Shown one piece after another: positions 11,201 to 23,146 of a stretch of 64,000 nucleotides of DNA; position 1 is the stretch's first letter, and each line of letters opens with the position of its first letter. The DNA is from an uncultured Pseudomonadota bacterium (GTDB taxonomy: Bacteria; Pseudomonadota; Gammaproteobacteria; Natronospirales; REEB76), in contig CAWFOE010000008.1 in assembly GCA_963817285.1 (NCBI GenBank), positions 12,990 to 76,989 of the forward strand, in the 5' to 3' direction. Made by a program: the position numbers and the translations under genes. The notes beneath the pieces were generated by a model. That model worked only from the letters and a program-made list of their open reading frames with translations. It was not told the origin of the DNA and made no database searches.

Positions 11201-14200
11201 TCAATCTTCCTTCAGCGACAGGAGGCTGGCGTTGCCCCCCACTGCCGCCGTGTTGATGGTGACTGTGCGCTCTGTGGCGAAGCGATGCATATAGTGGGGG
11301 CCACCCGCCTTGGGGCCGGTGCCCGATAAGCCCTGGCCCCCGAAAGGCTGCACGCCCACTACTGCACCGATCATGTTGCGGTTGATGTAGACGTTGCCCA
11401 CACGGATACGGCGCTGGATGTACTGGGCCTGGCTATCGATGCGGGTATGCACGCCCAGGGTGAGCCCGAAGCCCGTGCGGTTGATGCTATCGATGGCCGC
11501 ATCCAATTCAGAAGCCTTGAAGCGGATCACATGCAGCACAGGACCGAAGACTTCCTGCTTGAGGATATCGAGGCTCGGGAGTTCGATGGCCATGGGCGCG
11601 ACGTAAGTGCCGTTGGCGAGACCGTCGGGGATCGTGAGTTCGCGGATCACTTTGCCCTGGGTCTTGATCCAGGTCTTATGGTCGTCCAGCACCTTCTTGG
11701 CGGCCTTGTCGATGACCGGACCCACGTCGGTGGATAGCCAGGCGGGGTCATCGATCTTGAGTTCATCCATATAGCCGGCCAGCATTTCGACGACCCGGTC
11801 GGCGATCTCTTCCTGCACGAACAGCACCCGCAAGGCAGAGCAACGCTGGCCGGCACTATTGAAGGAACTCGCCACGACATCCAGCACCACCTGTTCCGGT
11901 AACGCTGAGGAATCCACCAGCATGCAGTTCTGGCCGCCGGTCTCGGCGATGAGAGCCGGGATGATGCCATCGCGATTGGCGAGGGTCTGGTGGATAGTCT
12001 TGGCGGTCTCAGTGGAACCGGTGAAAGCCACGCCCGCGATGCGCGGATCCGCCACCGCGTGCTGGCCAACCACGGAGCCCTTACCGGGGATGAAGTTCAA
12101 GACCGCACCGGGGATACCAGCCTCGTGCATGAGGCGCACGGCTTGCGCACCGATGAGGGATGTCTGCTCCGCGGGCTTGGTAAGCACCGCGTTGCCTGCA
12201 GCCAAGGCCGCGGCGATCTGGCCGGTGAAGATGGCCAGCGGGAAATTCCACGGCGAGATGCATACGAACACGCCGCGACCCTGCAGCCACAGTTCGTTGG
12301 ATTCACCCGTGGGACCTGGCATGCGCAAGGGCTTGCCGAAATCTTCCACGGCCCGCTCGGCGTAATAACGCAGGTAAGTCCACCGCTTCGCGCACTTCCG
12401 AGATGGCGTCGGGGATGGACTTGCCGGCTTCTCGCACGCAGAGTGCCATGAGTTCCGCAGTGTGGGATTCGAAGAGGTCGGCTGCCTTGCAGAGGATTCG
12501 TGCCCGCTCCGCAGCGGGCGTCATGTCCCAGGCAGGCTGGGCCGCCACGGCCATGTCCACCGCCTGACGGATGGTGTCGGCGTCCGCCACGTGGATCATG
12601 CCTACTGCCTCGCGGTTGTCCACCGGATTCAGGGAAGGCTTCTCGGCACCCGTGAGCACCTTGCCACCCACGATGGGCGCCGCAGTCCATTCGCGCTTGA
12701 AGGATTGCTGCATGTCTTTCGCCAACTCGGCGAGCCAGGCTTCGTCCGCCAGATTGATGCCGCGGGAATTCTTGCGTGTGGTCCCGTAGATATCCGCCGG
12801 CAGCGGTATGCGCGGATGAGGTTTGACCGTGAGGGCCTCCACTTCCGCTACGGGGTCCGCCACGATGGCTGAGACCGGTACTTTCTCGTCGATGATGCGG
12901 TTGACGAAGGAAGTGTTGGCGCCATTCTCCAGGAGCCGGCGCACGAGGTAAGGCAGCAGGTCCTCATGGCTGCCCACAGGCGCATACACCCGGCAGTTGA
13001 GCTTGAGCTTGTCAGGACCCACCACTTCGCCATACAACTCCTCACCCATGCCGTGCAGGCGTTGGAACTCGAAGCTGAGATCCCCGCCAGCCATCTCCAT
13101 GACGCTCGCGAGAGTCTGGGCATTGTGGGTGGCGAACATGGGATAGAGGGCGTCGCGGTTAGCCAGCATCTTGCGGGCACAGGCGAGATAGGAGACATCG
13201 GTGTTGATCTTACGGGTGAACACCGGATAACCCGGCAGGCCCCGCTCCTGGGCACGCTTCACTTCGTTGTCCCAGTAGGCGCCCTTCACGAGGCGCACGG
13301 GGATACGGCGCGTGCCCTCTTTAGCTAAAGCGATGAGCCAATCGATGACCCGTGCTGCGCGCTTCTGGTAAGCCTGCACCGCGAGACCGAAACCTTCCCA
13401 ACCGGCGAGGGCCGGAGAGCGATAGACCGCTTCGATCACGTCGAGGGAGAGATCGAGACGCTCGCTCTCCTCCGCATCCACCGTGAGGCCCATGCCATAT
13501 TTCTTGGCACGTTCCGCCAGGGCGATGAGCTTAGGCGTGAGTTCGCGCATGACCCGCTCATGCTGGGCGAGCTCATAGCGGGGATGCAGCGCCGAGAGTT
13601 TCACGGAGATGCTGGGGGCGGAGAATACGCTGCGCCCTTCTCTACTGTAGCGCCGATGGCGTCGATGGCAGTGCTGTAAGCCTGGAAATACCGCTCCGCA
13701 TCCTTGGCGGTCAAAGCCGCTTCACCCAGCATGTCGTAGGAGTGGCGGAACTTCGTGTGTTCGCTGCTCTTGGCTCGCTTCAGTGCTTCTTCGATGCTGC
13801 GACCCATGACGAACTGGTGACCCATGATGCGCATGGCCTGGCGGAAGGCGGTGCGGATCACAGGCTCACCCACCCGCGTCGCGAGCTTGGCCATGTAGAT
13901 CGAGAGGTTCTTCTCGGCGGTCTGATCGAGCTCGATGAGCTTGCCGGTGAGCATCAACCCCCAGGTTGAAGCATTGACGAAGAGCGAGGGGCTGGCACCC
14001 AGATGCTCTTCCCAATTGCCGGTGACGATCTTGTCGCGGATGAGCTTGTCGGCGGTCTCGGCATCGGGGATGCGCAGCAGCGCCTCGGCGAGACACATGA
14101 GTACCATGCCTTCCTGGGAGGACAGATCGTACTGGCGCAGGAATTCCTCGATGCCACCCTTGGTGCTACGGTTCTTGCGCACGGTCTCCACGAGACCTGT

Positions 14201-14392
14201 GGCGCGGGCCTGGATGCTCCGGCGGGCAGCTTCGTCCAGGCGCGCTTCACCGAGCAGCGTCTCCACGCAGCGGGTCTCGTCCGCCAGGAAGAGTTCGTTG
14301 ATGGCCGCGCGCAGCGGCTTGAGAGCCGGGGCTATGCCGGGGAAGACGAATTTCGGGTTGGAGACGGTCACCGATTCAGCAGGCTGATACAT
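11201..14392 (-). CDS. putA: Bifunctional proline dehydrogenase / P5C dehydrogenase PutA (two frameshifts, near 13630 and 12377)
   Basis: Three consecutive ORFs: [13 protein letters not shown] and YDMLGEAA; [25 protein letters not shown]; [26 protein letters not shown]; no N-terminal RHH domain seen. Confidence 0.95.
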
Positions 14393-14501
14393 GCACACTC
14401 CGGGGGAAGAGGCGGCCGCGGGGACCCGCGGAAAAGCCCCTTATTTTACTGAATCGGCCCGGGAAATGCCCCTGCCCTCTGTTAGCAGCGGCGGAAGGCC
14501 G

Positions 14502-15263
14502 TCAGGGCGCCTTGAGACGATGGGCGACGAGTCGTTCGTAATAGGGCTGGCAGTGTTCCGCCAAGCGCGCCTGGAAGGGGTCGAGCCGGGGTTCCTGAGC
14601 TCGGTAGGGCTCGAAACCGGTGGAACGCACCACGGCGTGGTACCAGTGCGGCGCCCAGACACCGTCGCTGGCGCGTGGCCCCGCGGGCCAGTGCAACATG
14701 CGCTCGCTGAAGCCTATGCCAAGACGCGAGCACAACAGCGACAGCATGGCCTTAGGATCCTTGAGCACGTCTTCCGCATCCAATACCGGTGGGACAGCAC
14801 CCTGCCGCTCACGGAGGTGATCGAAGATACGCGCCTGCTGCTCGAAACCCAGTTCCCAGGGAGCGGCATCGGGCCGCTGCACGGTGAAGGACGCGACCAC
14901 TTGTTGAGGGCTACGGATGAGGAAACAGTTCACGAGACCATCCAGCCAATCGAGTGGCATGTCGGCCAGCACATGCTGGGTCATATGCTTCTGGTACCAG
15001 ACGGGCTTGCCACCTGGGATGGGTCCTGTGAGCGTCTTCGCCACTACGTGCCAATCGCTCGCTTGCGAAGCCATGACCTCCTCACGGCCGGGGTGATCCA
15101 CGCCGGTCTTCAGCAGGTAATGGGCATAGAGAGGCTCATCCACCACCACCGTGTCTTCCCGGTTCTCCCAGGCGCGCATCATGGCGGTGGAGATGTTGCG
15201 CGGGCCGGACCACATGGCGACCCGCAGGCCGGATGTCATACCTTCGGGCGCTTGATTAGACAC
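14502..15263 (-). CDS. Sulfotransferase-like P-loop protein (family paired with class IV aminotransferases)
   Basis: AMWSGPRNISTAMMRAW, VVDEPLYAHYL, YQKHMTQH, FLIRSP, DGVWAPHWY. Confidence 0.8.
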   Translation of the reverse strand: MSNQAPEGMTSGLRVAMWSGPRNISTAMMRAWENREDTVVVDEPLYAHYLLKTGVDHPGREEVMASQASDWHVVAKTLTGPIPGGKPVWYQKHMTQHVLADMPLDWLDGLVNCFLIRSPQQVVASFTVQRPDAAPWELGFEQQARIFDHLRERQGAVPPVLDAEDVLKDPKAMLSLLCSRLGIGFSERMLHWPAGPRASDGVWAPHWYHAVVRSTGFEPYRAQEPRLDPFQARLAEHCQPYYERLVAHRLKAP

Positions 15264-16176
15264 GCGGGCTTTGGGCGCTCTCGCGCTTCACGATATCCAT
15301 GTAGAGACCCTGGAGGCGCTGCACCACGGGGCCACGCGGCCCGATGGCCCGCCCATCCACTTCCGTGACGGGTACTAAACCCGCGAAGGTGCCGGTGACG
15401 AAGGCTTCCTCGGCGCCGTATACGTCCGTGAGACTGAAGTCCTTCTCGAACACAGGTATGCCCTGCTCATTGCAGATGCGTAGCACGTTGGCACGTGTGA
15501 TCCCGCCCAGACAGTACTTGCCGGAAGAGGTCCACACCTCGCCCTTGCGCACGATGAAGAAATGAGTGGAGTTGCAGGTGGCCACGAAGCCATGGGGATC
15601 CAGCATCAGGGCTTCATCGCAGCCGGCCTTGGCTGCCTGGATACAGGCCATGATGTCGTTGAGTTTAGAATGGCTGTTGAGTTTTGGATCCAGGGTGTCA
15701 GGCGCGGCACGACGCACATGTACCGTGAAGAGACGTATGCCCTGCTCCACGGTCTTGGGAAGGGGCTGCTTGTACTCGGGGATGATGACCACCGTGGCCG
15801 GACCCACGGTGACGCGCGGATCCTGATAGGGCGTGGCCTTGAGCCCGCGGGTGACCATGAGACGGATGTGCACGCCCTCGCGCATCTTGTTCGCGCGCAG
15901 CACCGCGAGGATCTGCGCAGTGAGCGTCTCCCGCGTGAGACCGATATCCATGTCGATGGTCTTCGCGCCTTCGTAGAGCCGGTCGAGATGCAGGCCCAGG
16001 AACGGCAGGCCACCGTCGTGGACTCGCAAGCCTTCCCAGACGCCATCACCCAGGATGAAGCCGCTGTCGAACACCGAGACCTTGGCCTCGGCACGCGGGT
16101 AGAGCTTGCCGTTGATGCTTATCAGGATGGCGGCGTTGCGCGGGTCGTCGACGTAATCGTGGGTGCCCTTGGCCAT
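15256..16176 (-). CDS. PLP-dependent aminotransferase class IV
   Basis: SVFDSGFILGDGVWEGLR, LGGITR, EAFVTGTFAG. Confidence 0.92.
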   Translation of the reverse strand: MAKGTHDYVDDPRNAAILISINGKLYPRAEAKVSVFDSGFILGDGVWEGLRVHDGGLPFLGLHLDRLYEGAKTIDMDIGLTRETLTAQILAVLRANKMREGVHIRLMVTRGLKATPYQDPRVTVGPATVVIIPEYKQPLPKTVEQGIRLFTVHVRRAAPDTLDPKLNSHSKLNDIMACIQAAKAGCDEALMLDPHGFVATCNSTHFFIVRKGEVWTSSGKYCLGGITRANVLRICNEQGIPVFEKDFSLTDVYGAEEAFVTGTFAGLVPVTEVDGRAIGPRGPVVQRLQGLYMDIVKRESAQSPRV

Positions 16177-16231
16177 GCGCGTACTCCGTAGATCAGGCTC
16201 GGCGGCTGCCGCGCCATTCTACTGAATAGCG

Positions 16232-17290
16232 TCAGGGCGCGCCTCCGGCGCAGGTATGCGGCGCCGCCTCGCCCGTGGCACAGGCAGAGAGCGTGCTGAA
16301 TTCCGGTTCGGCCATGGGGCCGTACACCATCTCCAGGTCCCGGAGCGCGTCCTTGGCCTTATCCCGGTCATCCGCCGCGAGCGACGCGCGCACGCCAGCG
16401 ACCGCATCCGCCTTCCGCCCCAGCAGCTTGTCGTCGCAGGCTGCCTGGACATCGGACTTCACCTCGGGAGGGGAATCCAGGTAATTCAGCGAGCTCGCCA
16501 GGTAACGGGCATCCACGTCACGATGGCCTTCGTTCAGCATGCTGAGCTTGCGTACCCTGAGCATGCAGTGGTCCACGTAGGCCGAGGAGGCGCGGTTGGT
16601 GACGGCCTCGTTTATTGAGTCTTCGGTACCCACCAGGAACACGTAGCGGCCGCGATCCTGCATGAGCTTGAACCGGTCCAGGGGCGGTACCGGCTCGTCC
16701 TCGGTGCCGAGACCGTAGCTGGTGCTCACGAACATGCCGCCGGTGAAGACATCCGAGTAGGCGGCGGCCATGACGCTGGCGACGACGCCACCCCCTGAGA
16801 ACCCGGCGATGTAGAGCCGTGCCGGGTCGGTCTTGTAACGCGCTTCGATGTTGACGAGGCCAGTGAGCGCCAGGGGCACACGGCGCATGGGCACGCTCTG
16901 GTCGTTGCCTGAGTTCCCGGCGCCGACGAAGATGAGGTGGTGCGCCTTCAGGATGCTCTGCCAGCCCGGAGGGATACCGAGCACGTCCCAGGGCGCCACC
17001 CACACCAGCACGCCGTAAGGCGTGCTGCCGTCGTAGTCCTCCGGCACGTACACCTGCCAATGCTCTTGGGCGGGGTCGATGACCTGGCCTATCGGCGGGT
17101 GGTATCTCGCCGTCTCCCGCTCGTAAGCCATGGGGTGCAGCATGCGCTTGAAGATCTCCACTCCGCCGGCGAGCGGTGTGGTCTGGTCGAACGTGGTCTG
17201 GTAGGCACCGGTGCGCGGGGTATCGGCTGATGCAGGCATGGACGCCAGCAGCAGGCAAGCCATCAGACAGGTACGGCAGATGTATCGCAT
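16232..17290 (-). CDS. Secreted alpha/beta-hydrolase (esterase/PHB-depolymerase-like)
   Basis: Signal peptide; DPARLYIAGFSGGG nucleophile elbow, candidate Asp (GTED) and His (EGH). Confidence 0.7.
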   Translation of the reverse strand: MRYICRTCLMACLLLASMPASADTPRTGAYQTTFDQTTPLAGGVEIFKRMLHPMAYERETARYHPPIGQVIDPAQEHWQVYVPEDYDGSTPYGVLVWVAPWDVLGIPPGWQSILKAHHLIFVGAGNSGNDQSVPMRRVPLALTGLVNIEARYKTDPARLYIAGFSGGGVVASVMAAAYSDVFTGGMFVSTSYGLGTEDEPVPPLDRFKLMQDRGRYVFLVGTEDSINEAVTNRASSAYVDHCMLRVRKLSMLNEGHRDVDARYLASSLNYLDSPPEVKSDVQAACDDKLLGRKADAVAGVRASLAADDRDKAKDALRDLEMVYGPMAEPEFSTLSACATGEAAPHTCAGGAP

Positions 17291-17369
17291 GGGGTAGTTA
17301 TAGACACATCGGCGCGGCCACGCCTGTGCTTTTACTGAAATATGCCTGATTCATTTCTGGGGCAGAAAA

Positions 17370-17397
17370 GGTAACGGCGGCCGAGGCCGCCGTTACC
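17370..17397 (-). terminator. Intrinsic terminator after icd
   Basis: GGTAACGGCGGCC-GA-GGCCGCCGTTACC inverted repeat followed by TTTT on the minus strand. Confidence 0.8.
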
Positions 17398-17422
17398 ATG
17401 CATAGCAGACTTGTAGCCGCAA

Positions 17423-18664
<1,242 letters not shown>

Positions 18665-18705
18665 GGCATTCCTCTGGGCAAAAGTGGAGGGTCGAAAGCG
18701 CGAAA

Positions 18706-19629
18706 TTATACCGTACGAGGTACGCAGGCTGTGGCTTGCAACGCCAGCGTGCCTGAGCGACCGGGCAGCTCGCCCATGATGACGGTGTGCATGGGCAAGG
18801 TCTTGCGGTCCAGCCCTGCGGCAATGGTCTCGGTGGCCACCAGCTCATAGCCCTGGGCACGCCAACCGGAGAGCAGCTTGTCGAACACGGGGCTCAAAGC
18901 CATGCCTTCCAGCTCTGCGTGCAAGGTATACACATGGCCGTGTTGCGGCGGATCCTTCTCGGTGAGCTTCAACAGGTGCTCCGCCACGTTATCCACGGTG
19001 ATGCCGTTGACGCCCACGAACTCATCGAGGGTCGGCAAGGTGGTGGGGATCTGGGGCACGCTGAACACCCGACCACGCATCTCAGGCAGGAAAGGATCGG
19101 TACCGCGGGTGTCGCTGGCATACTGCATGTGGAACTCATGCTCCAGCTCGAAAGCATCGAAGTTCATCTGCCAGCCAGCGGCACCGAAGGTCTTAGGGTC
19201 AGTGCCGAACACCTCCCGGAACCGCTCCACCGCTTGCACGAACTCATGACGGGTCCAGGCAGCATCGCGGCGCGCCACGAAATCCTGCCAGCGTATGTGG
19301 TCCCAAGTGTGGATGCCCACTTCGTAGCCCGCATCACGCACAGCACGCATGGCAGCGGCGCCTTTCTTGCCTATATCCGGCCCCGGGATGAGCACGCCGT
19401 ACATCAGGGTCTTGAGACCGTAGTTGCCCGCCACGTTGGTGCGGAAGACTTTCTTGAGGAAGCCCGGACGGAACACCCGACGCAAAGCCCGACCGGTGTT
19501 ATCCGGCCCCAGGCTGAACAAGAAAGTGGCTCGGGCCTGATGCTTCTTGAGCATGGCCACCAGCGGCGGCACGCCTTCGAGGGTACCGCGCAGGGTGTCG
19601 ACATCTATCTTGAGGGCGAGTCTCGGCAT
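18706..19629 (-). CDS. arnD: ArnD-like polysaccharide deacetylase (Ara4FN deformylase)
   Basis: [39 protein letters not shown]; last gene of arn operon. Confidence 0.88.
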   Translation of the reverse strand: MPRLALKIDVDTLRGTLEGVPPLVAMLKKHQARATFLFSLGPDNTGRALRRVFRPGFLKKVFRTNVAGNYGLKTLMYGVLIPGPDIGKKGAAAMRAVRDAGYEVGIHTWDHIRWQDFVARRDAAWTRHEFVQAVERFREVFGTDPKTFGAAGWQMNFDAFELEHEFHMQYASDTRGTDPFLPEMRGRVFSVPQIPTTLPTLDEFVGVNGITVDNVAEHLLKLTEKDPPQHGHVYTLHAELEGMALSPVFDKLLSGWRAQGYELVATETIAAGLDRKTLPMHTVIMGELPGRSGTLALQATACVPRTV

Positions 19630-19638
19630 GATGCAGGC

Positions 19639-20169
19639 TCAGGGGTTGGTGACGCAGAAATTCGATATGGCCGGCCCCAGGACATTCGCCACGTCGGTCT
19701 TGTAGTCGTAAGTCTTGCCGGCAGCATCCTGCACCCGCACCTCAGTGATGAGCAGGTGGTTGACCTGGTTCCACGGTAGCAAGGCTTCCACACTCTCGCC
19801 GATTGGCACCGGCACGACCTTACTGCCCTTGCCCGCAGCGAACGGCCCTTGCAGCATCAACCAGCTGCCAAAGTATTTGCTGGCCTTGGCACCGCAGCGT
19901 GCCACATACACCATGACAGTGGTGATCTCTTGCGGCTGGGTATCCATGAGTTCCACGAAGAACTGGCCCGGAGGCACCGGCCCACCCATACGGTTACCCC
20001 AGCCACCGCGAGGATTGTTCCAGGAGGTGTCATAGATCAGCAAAGGCACCTGCCGCGCGGTGCCTTCCGTCTGCAGCGACGTGTAATCAGGCTCCGTGGC
20101 GCAGCCAGCGAGCAGCACGGCTGATGACAGATATAGGTAGCCCAGTATCCGCGTGAAGCTCCCGGACAT
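19639..20169 (-). CDS. Hypothetical lipoprotein
   Basis: Lipobox LLAG-C; tightly packed between arnA2 and arnD. Confidence 0.7.
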   Translation of the reverse strand: MSGSFTRILGYLYLSSAVLLAGCATEPDYTSLQTEGTARQVPLLIYDTSWNNPRGGWGNRMGGPVPPGQFFVELMDTQPQEITTVMVYVARCGAKASKYFGSWLMLQGPFAAGKGSKVVPVPIGESVEALLPWNQVNHLLITEVRVQDAAGKTYDYKTDVANVLGPAISNFCVTNP

Positions 20170-20171
20170 GC

Positions 20172-21239
20172 TCAACCTCCGGTGTTGCCCTCTTCCGCCA
20201 GCTCCCGTGCCTTGCCCACATCACCCCGATAGAACTCGAAGAGCTTCTGCAAAGCCGTCTGCATGGTGACCGTGGGTTCCCAATCGAGCTCCTTGCGAGT
20301 GTGCTCGATGCTGGGCAGACGGTTCTCCACGTCCTGATAACCCTTACCGTAGTAGTCGTCGGCGCTCACGTCCAGGAGCTTCACCTTCTCGGCGTTCACC
20401 TTGTACTCGGGCATGGAGCGAGCGATCTTCAACATCATGTCTGCCAACTCCTTCACGGAATGGCTGTTCTTGGGGTTGCCGATGTTGTAGATACGCTTGT
20501 CGGCCACGCCGCCCTTGTTCTCGATGATCTTCATGAGCGCGTCGATGCCATCGTCCACATAGGTATAGGCGCGTTTGCGGGCACCGCCGTCCACCAGCTT
20601 GATGGTCTCGCCGCGCACGATCTGGCCCAGGAACTGGGTGACCACGCGGGAGCTGCCCTCCTTCGGCGTGTAGATGGAGTCGAGCCCTGGCCCGATCCAG
20701 TTGAACGGACGGAACAGGGTGTAGGCCAGGCCTTCGCGGTCGCCGTACGCGGCGATGACACGGTCCATGAGCTGCTTGCTGCAGCTATAGATCCAGCGCG
20801 GCTTGTTGATGGGCCCGAGGATGAGTTCAGAGGTATAAGGATCGAAACCCGGATCCCGGCACATGCCGTAGACCTCGGAGGTGGACGGGAACAGCACGCG
20901 CTTCTTGTACTTCACGCACTGACGCACGATGGGCAGGTTCGCCTCGAAGTCGAGCTCGAACACCCGCAGCGGATCCTTCACGTAAGTGGCAGGCGTGGCG
21001 ATGGCCACCAGCGGCAGCACCACGTCGCACTTACGCACGTGGTATTCGACCCATTCCCGATTGATGGTGATGTCACCCTCGAAGAAATTAAAACGCGGAT
21101 TGGCCATGAGATCGGACACCTTGTCCGAGAGCATGTCCATGCCATGCACTTCCCAGTCGGTGGTCTCGAGGATGCGCTTGCTCAGATGGTGACCGATGAA
21201 ACCGTTCACGCCCAGGATCAATATCTTCTTCACGTTCAC
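20172..21239 (-). CDS. arnA: UDP-glucuronate dehydrogenase/decarboxylase (ArnA C-terminal half)
   Basis: ILILGVNGFIGHHL, PLVAIATP, PSTSEVYG, WIYSCSK, FRPFNWIGP; GTG start overlaps upstream stop. Confidence 0.93.
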   Translation of the reverse strand: MNVKKILILGVNGFIGHHLSKRILETTDWEVHGMDMLSDKVSDLMANPRFNFFEGDITINREWVEYHVRKCDVVLPLVAIATPATYVKDPLRVFELDFEANLPIVRQCVKYKKRVLFPSTSEVYGMCRDPGFDPYTSELILGPINKPRWIYSCSKQLMDRVIAAYGDREGLAYTLFRPFNWIGPGLDSIYTPKEGSSRVVTQFLGQIVRGETIKLVDGGARKRAYTYVDDGIDALMKIIENKGGVADKRIYNIGNPKNSHSVKELADMMLKIARSMPEYKVNAEKVKLLDVSADDYYGKGYQDVENRLPSIEHTRKELDWEPTVTMQTALQKLFEFYRGDVGKARELAEEGNTGG

Positions 21240-22159
21240 TCTCCCAGTGGGGACGGGTTGGCGGCATGGCGCTGCACGAACTCGGCAGCTTCCATGACCC
21301 GGCCGTCCCATTCCAGTTGCAGTATCTCGATGCGTTTTCGATCGCCGCAGTCGGCATAGCAACGGCCGGCATCAGCATACATAGTGGGCTTGCCATGCTT
21401 GGCAGGCTGATCCGGATAATGGCTGCGCAACACCTTGAGGGGTTTGCCGGCCACTGCACTGAACGCGCCAGGATAAGGCGGCGCCACGGCGCGGATCAGG
21501 TTATGCACGGTCCAGGCCGGCAGGTTCCAGTCTATACGCCCATCCTCGGGGCGGCGACGGCCATAATAGCTGCCGGACTTGAGGTCCAGCTTGTGGCGCG
21601 GCGCACTACCGAGCAGGAGCCCTGGCAGGCTGCGGTCCAGTACGCATTCGGCGGCCACGGTGACCTTGGCGAAGACCTGGCTAGCGGTATCGTCGGGCAG
21701 GATAGGCACTGCCTGCTGATCCACCAGATCGCCGGCGTCCGGCTTCTTCTCCATGTAATGCAGACTGGCGCCGGTCTGGCGCTCGCCGTGGATGACGGCC
21801 CAGTTCACCGGCACACGGCCGCGGAATTTGGGTAGCAGAGATCCGTGCATATTGAGGGCGCCATGCTTAGGCGCCGCGAGGAAGCGCTCTCCCAACATGA
21901 AGCGGTAGTAGAAAGAGAACAGGAAGTCGGGCTTCAGGGCTTCGACTCGCGCAGCCAAGTCGTCCTTGTTCGGGTCTTCCGGCATCACTACGGGGATGTT
22001 GTTCAGCTCAGCCAAGCGCTTCACGCTGCCGAACCAGATGTTCTCACCGGGGTCATCCTCGTGGGTGACCACCAGCGAGACGCGTACACCGTGGGCAAGC
22101 AGCACCGACAAGCAGCGCACGCCTACGTCGTGGTATGCGAAGACGACGACGGATTTCAC
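21236..22159 (-). CDS. arnA: UDP-L-Ara4N formyltransferase (ArnA N-terminal half)
   Basis: VVFAYHDVG, FSFYYR, NMHGSLLPKFRGRVPVNW, AVAPPYPGA. Confidence 0.93.
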   Translation of the reverse strand: MKSVVVFAYHDVGVRCLSVLLAHGVRVSLVVTHEDDPGENIWFGSVKRLAELNNIPVVMPEDPNKDDLAARVEALKPDFLFSFYYRFMLGERFLAAPKHGALNMHGSLLPKFRGRVPVNWAVIHGERQTGASLHYMEKKPDAGDLVDQQAVPILPDDTASQVFAKVTVAAECVLDRSLPGLLLGSAPRHKLDLKSGSYYGRRRPEDGRIDWNLPAWTVHNLIRAVAPPYPGAFSAVAGKPLKVLRSHYPDQPAKHGKPTMYADAGRCYADCGDRKRIEILQLEWDGRVMEAAEFVQRHAANPSPLGE

Positions 22160-23133
22160 TTCTTACCTTTCTCCAGCACTGCGCGGACGAGGAAGCGCGG
22201 GCGGCGCTGCACTTCCTGGTAGATGCGACCGATATATTCGCCCAACAGCCCGATACCGAACAGGATGATACCGATGAGGAAGAACACGGCGGCGAACAAG
22301 GTGAACACGCCCTGCACGGTGCCTTCCGGATAGAAGATGCGATAACCGATCAGCAACAGGAACAACAGCAACGAACCGCCGGCGATGAGCACCCCGATGA
22401 AGGAGAACAACTGCAACGGCGCCACGGAGAAGCCGGTGACGAGATCGAAGTTCAGGCGGATGAGACTGTAGAGCGAATACTTGGACTCACCCGCAATCCG
22501 CTCGTCGTGCTCGACAATCACTTCTACCGGTTTAAGCGAGTACAGATAGGCCAAGGCCGGGATGAAAGTGTTGATCTCGCTGGTGCTGTTGATGGCATCG
22601 ATGATGCCGCGGGAGTAGGCGCGCAACATGCAGCCCTGGTCGGTCATCTTGATCTTGGTGATGCGCTCACGCAGGCGATTCATCATGCGGGAGGCATACT
22701 TCCTCCACCACACGTCGCGCCGGCTTCGGCGGATGGTACCCACGTAGTCGTAGCCTTCATCCATCTTGGCCAAGAGCTTGCCGATCTCTTCCGGCGGGTT
22801 CTGCAGGTCTGCATCCAGGGTGACTACCTTGTCGCCGCGCGAGGCGTGGAAGCCCGCGAGGATGGCCGCGTGTTGGCCGAAGTTGCTCTGCAGGAGCACG
22901 ACACGGGTGACGTCTTGGCGCTTGCCGAACTGGTCGCGCAACATAGCCGCAGAGCGGTCCGCGCTGCCGTCGTCTACGAAGATGAGCTCGTACTTGCGCT
23001 TCAGGGCATCGAGGGCCGGATAGATGCGCTTGAACAGGGTGTTGAGGGATTCCTGCTCGTTGTAGACGGGGATCACCACGGACAGCTCCGGGGTACCGGC
23101 AGTTTTCTTCTTGTTGTTGGTCTTCTCGCTCAT
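22156..23133 (-). CDS. arnC: Undecaprenyl-phosphate Ara4FN transferase (GT2)
   Basis: SVVIPVYNE, VDDGS, NFGQHAAI, LDADLQNPPEEI, two C-terminal TM helices. Confidence 0.92.
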   Translation of the reverse strand: MSEKTNNKKKTAGTPELSVVIPVYNEQESLNTLFKRIYPALDALKRKYELIFVDDGSADRSAAMLRDQFGKRQDVTRVVLLQSNFGQHAAILAGFHASRGDKVVTLDADLQNPPEEIGKLLAKMDEGYDYVGTIRRSRRDVWWRKYASRMMNRLRERITKIKMTDQGCMLRAYSRGIIDAINSTSEINTFIPALAYLYSLKPVEVIVEHDERIAGESKYSLYSLIRLNFDLVTGFSVAPLQLFSFIGVLIAGGSLLLFLLLIGYRIFYPEGTVQGVFTLFAAVFFLIGIILFGIGLLGEYIGRIYQEVQRRPRFLVRAVLEKGKK

Positions 23134-23146
23134 GGTGTCCACTCCC

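Noticed and set aside
11201-14392. putA in three pieces as programmed frameshifting or a pseudogene
   Set aside because: Single-base indels restore a normal PutA; similar breaks occur in rimM, GST, the EAL gene and DUF1800, with no slippery motifs, which fits consensus error
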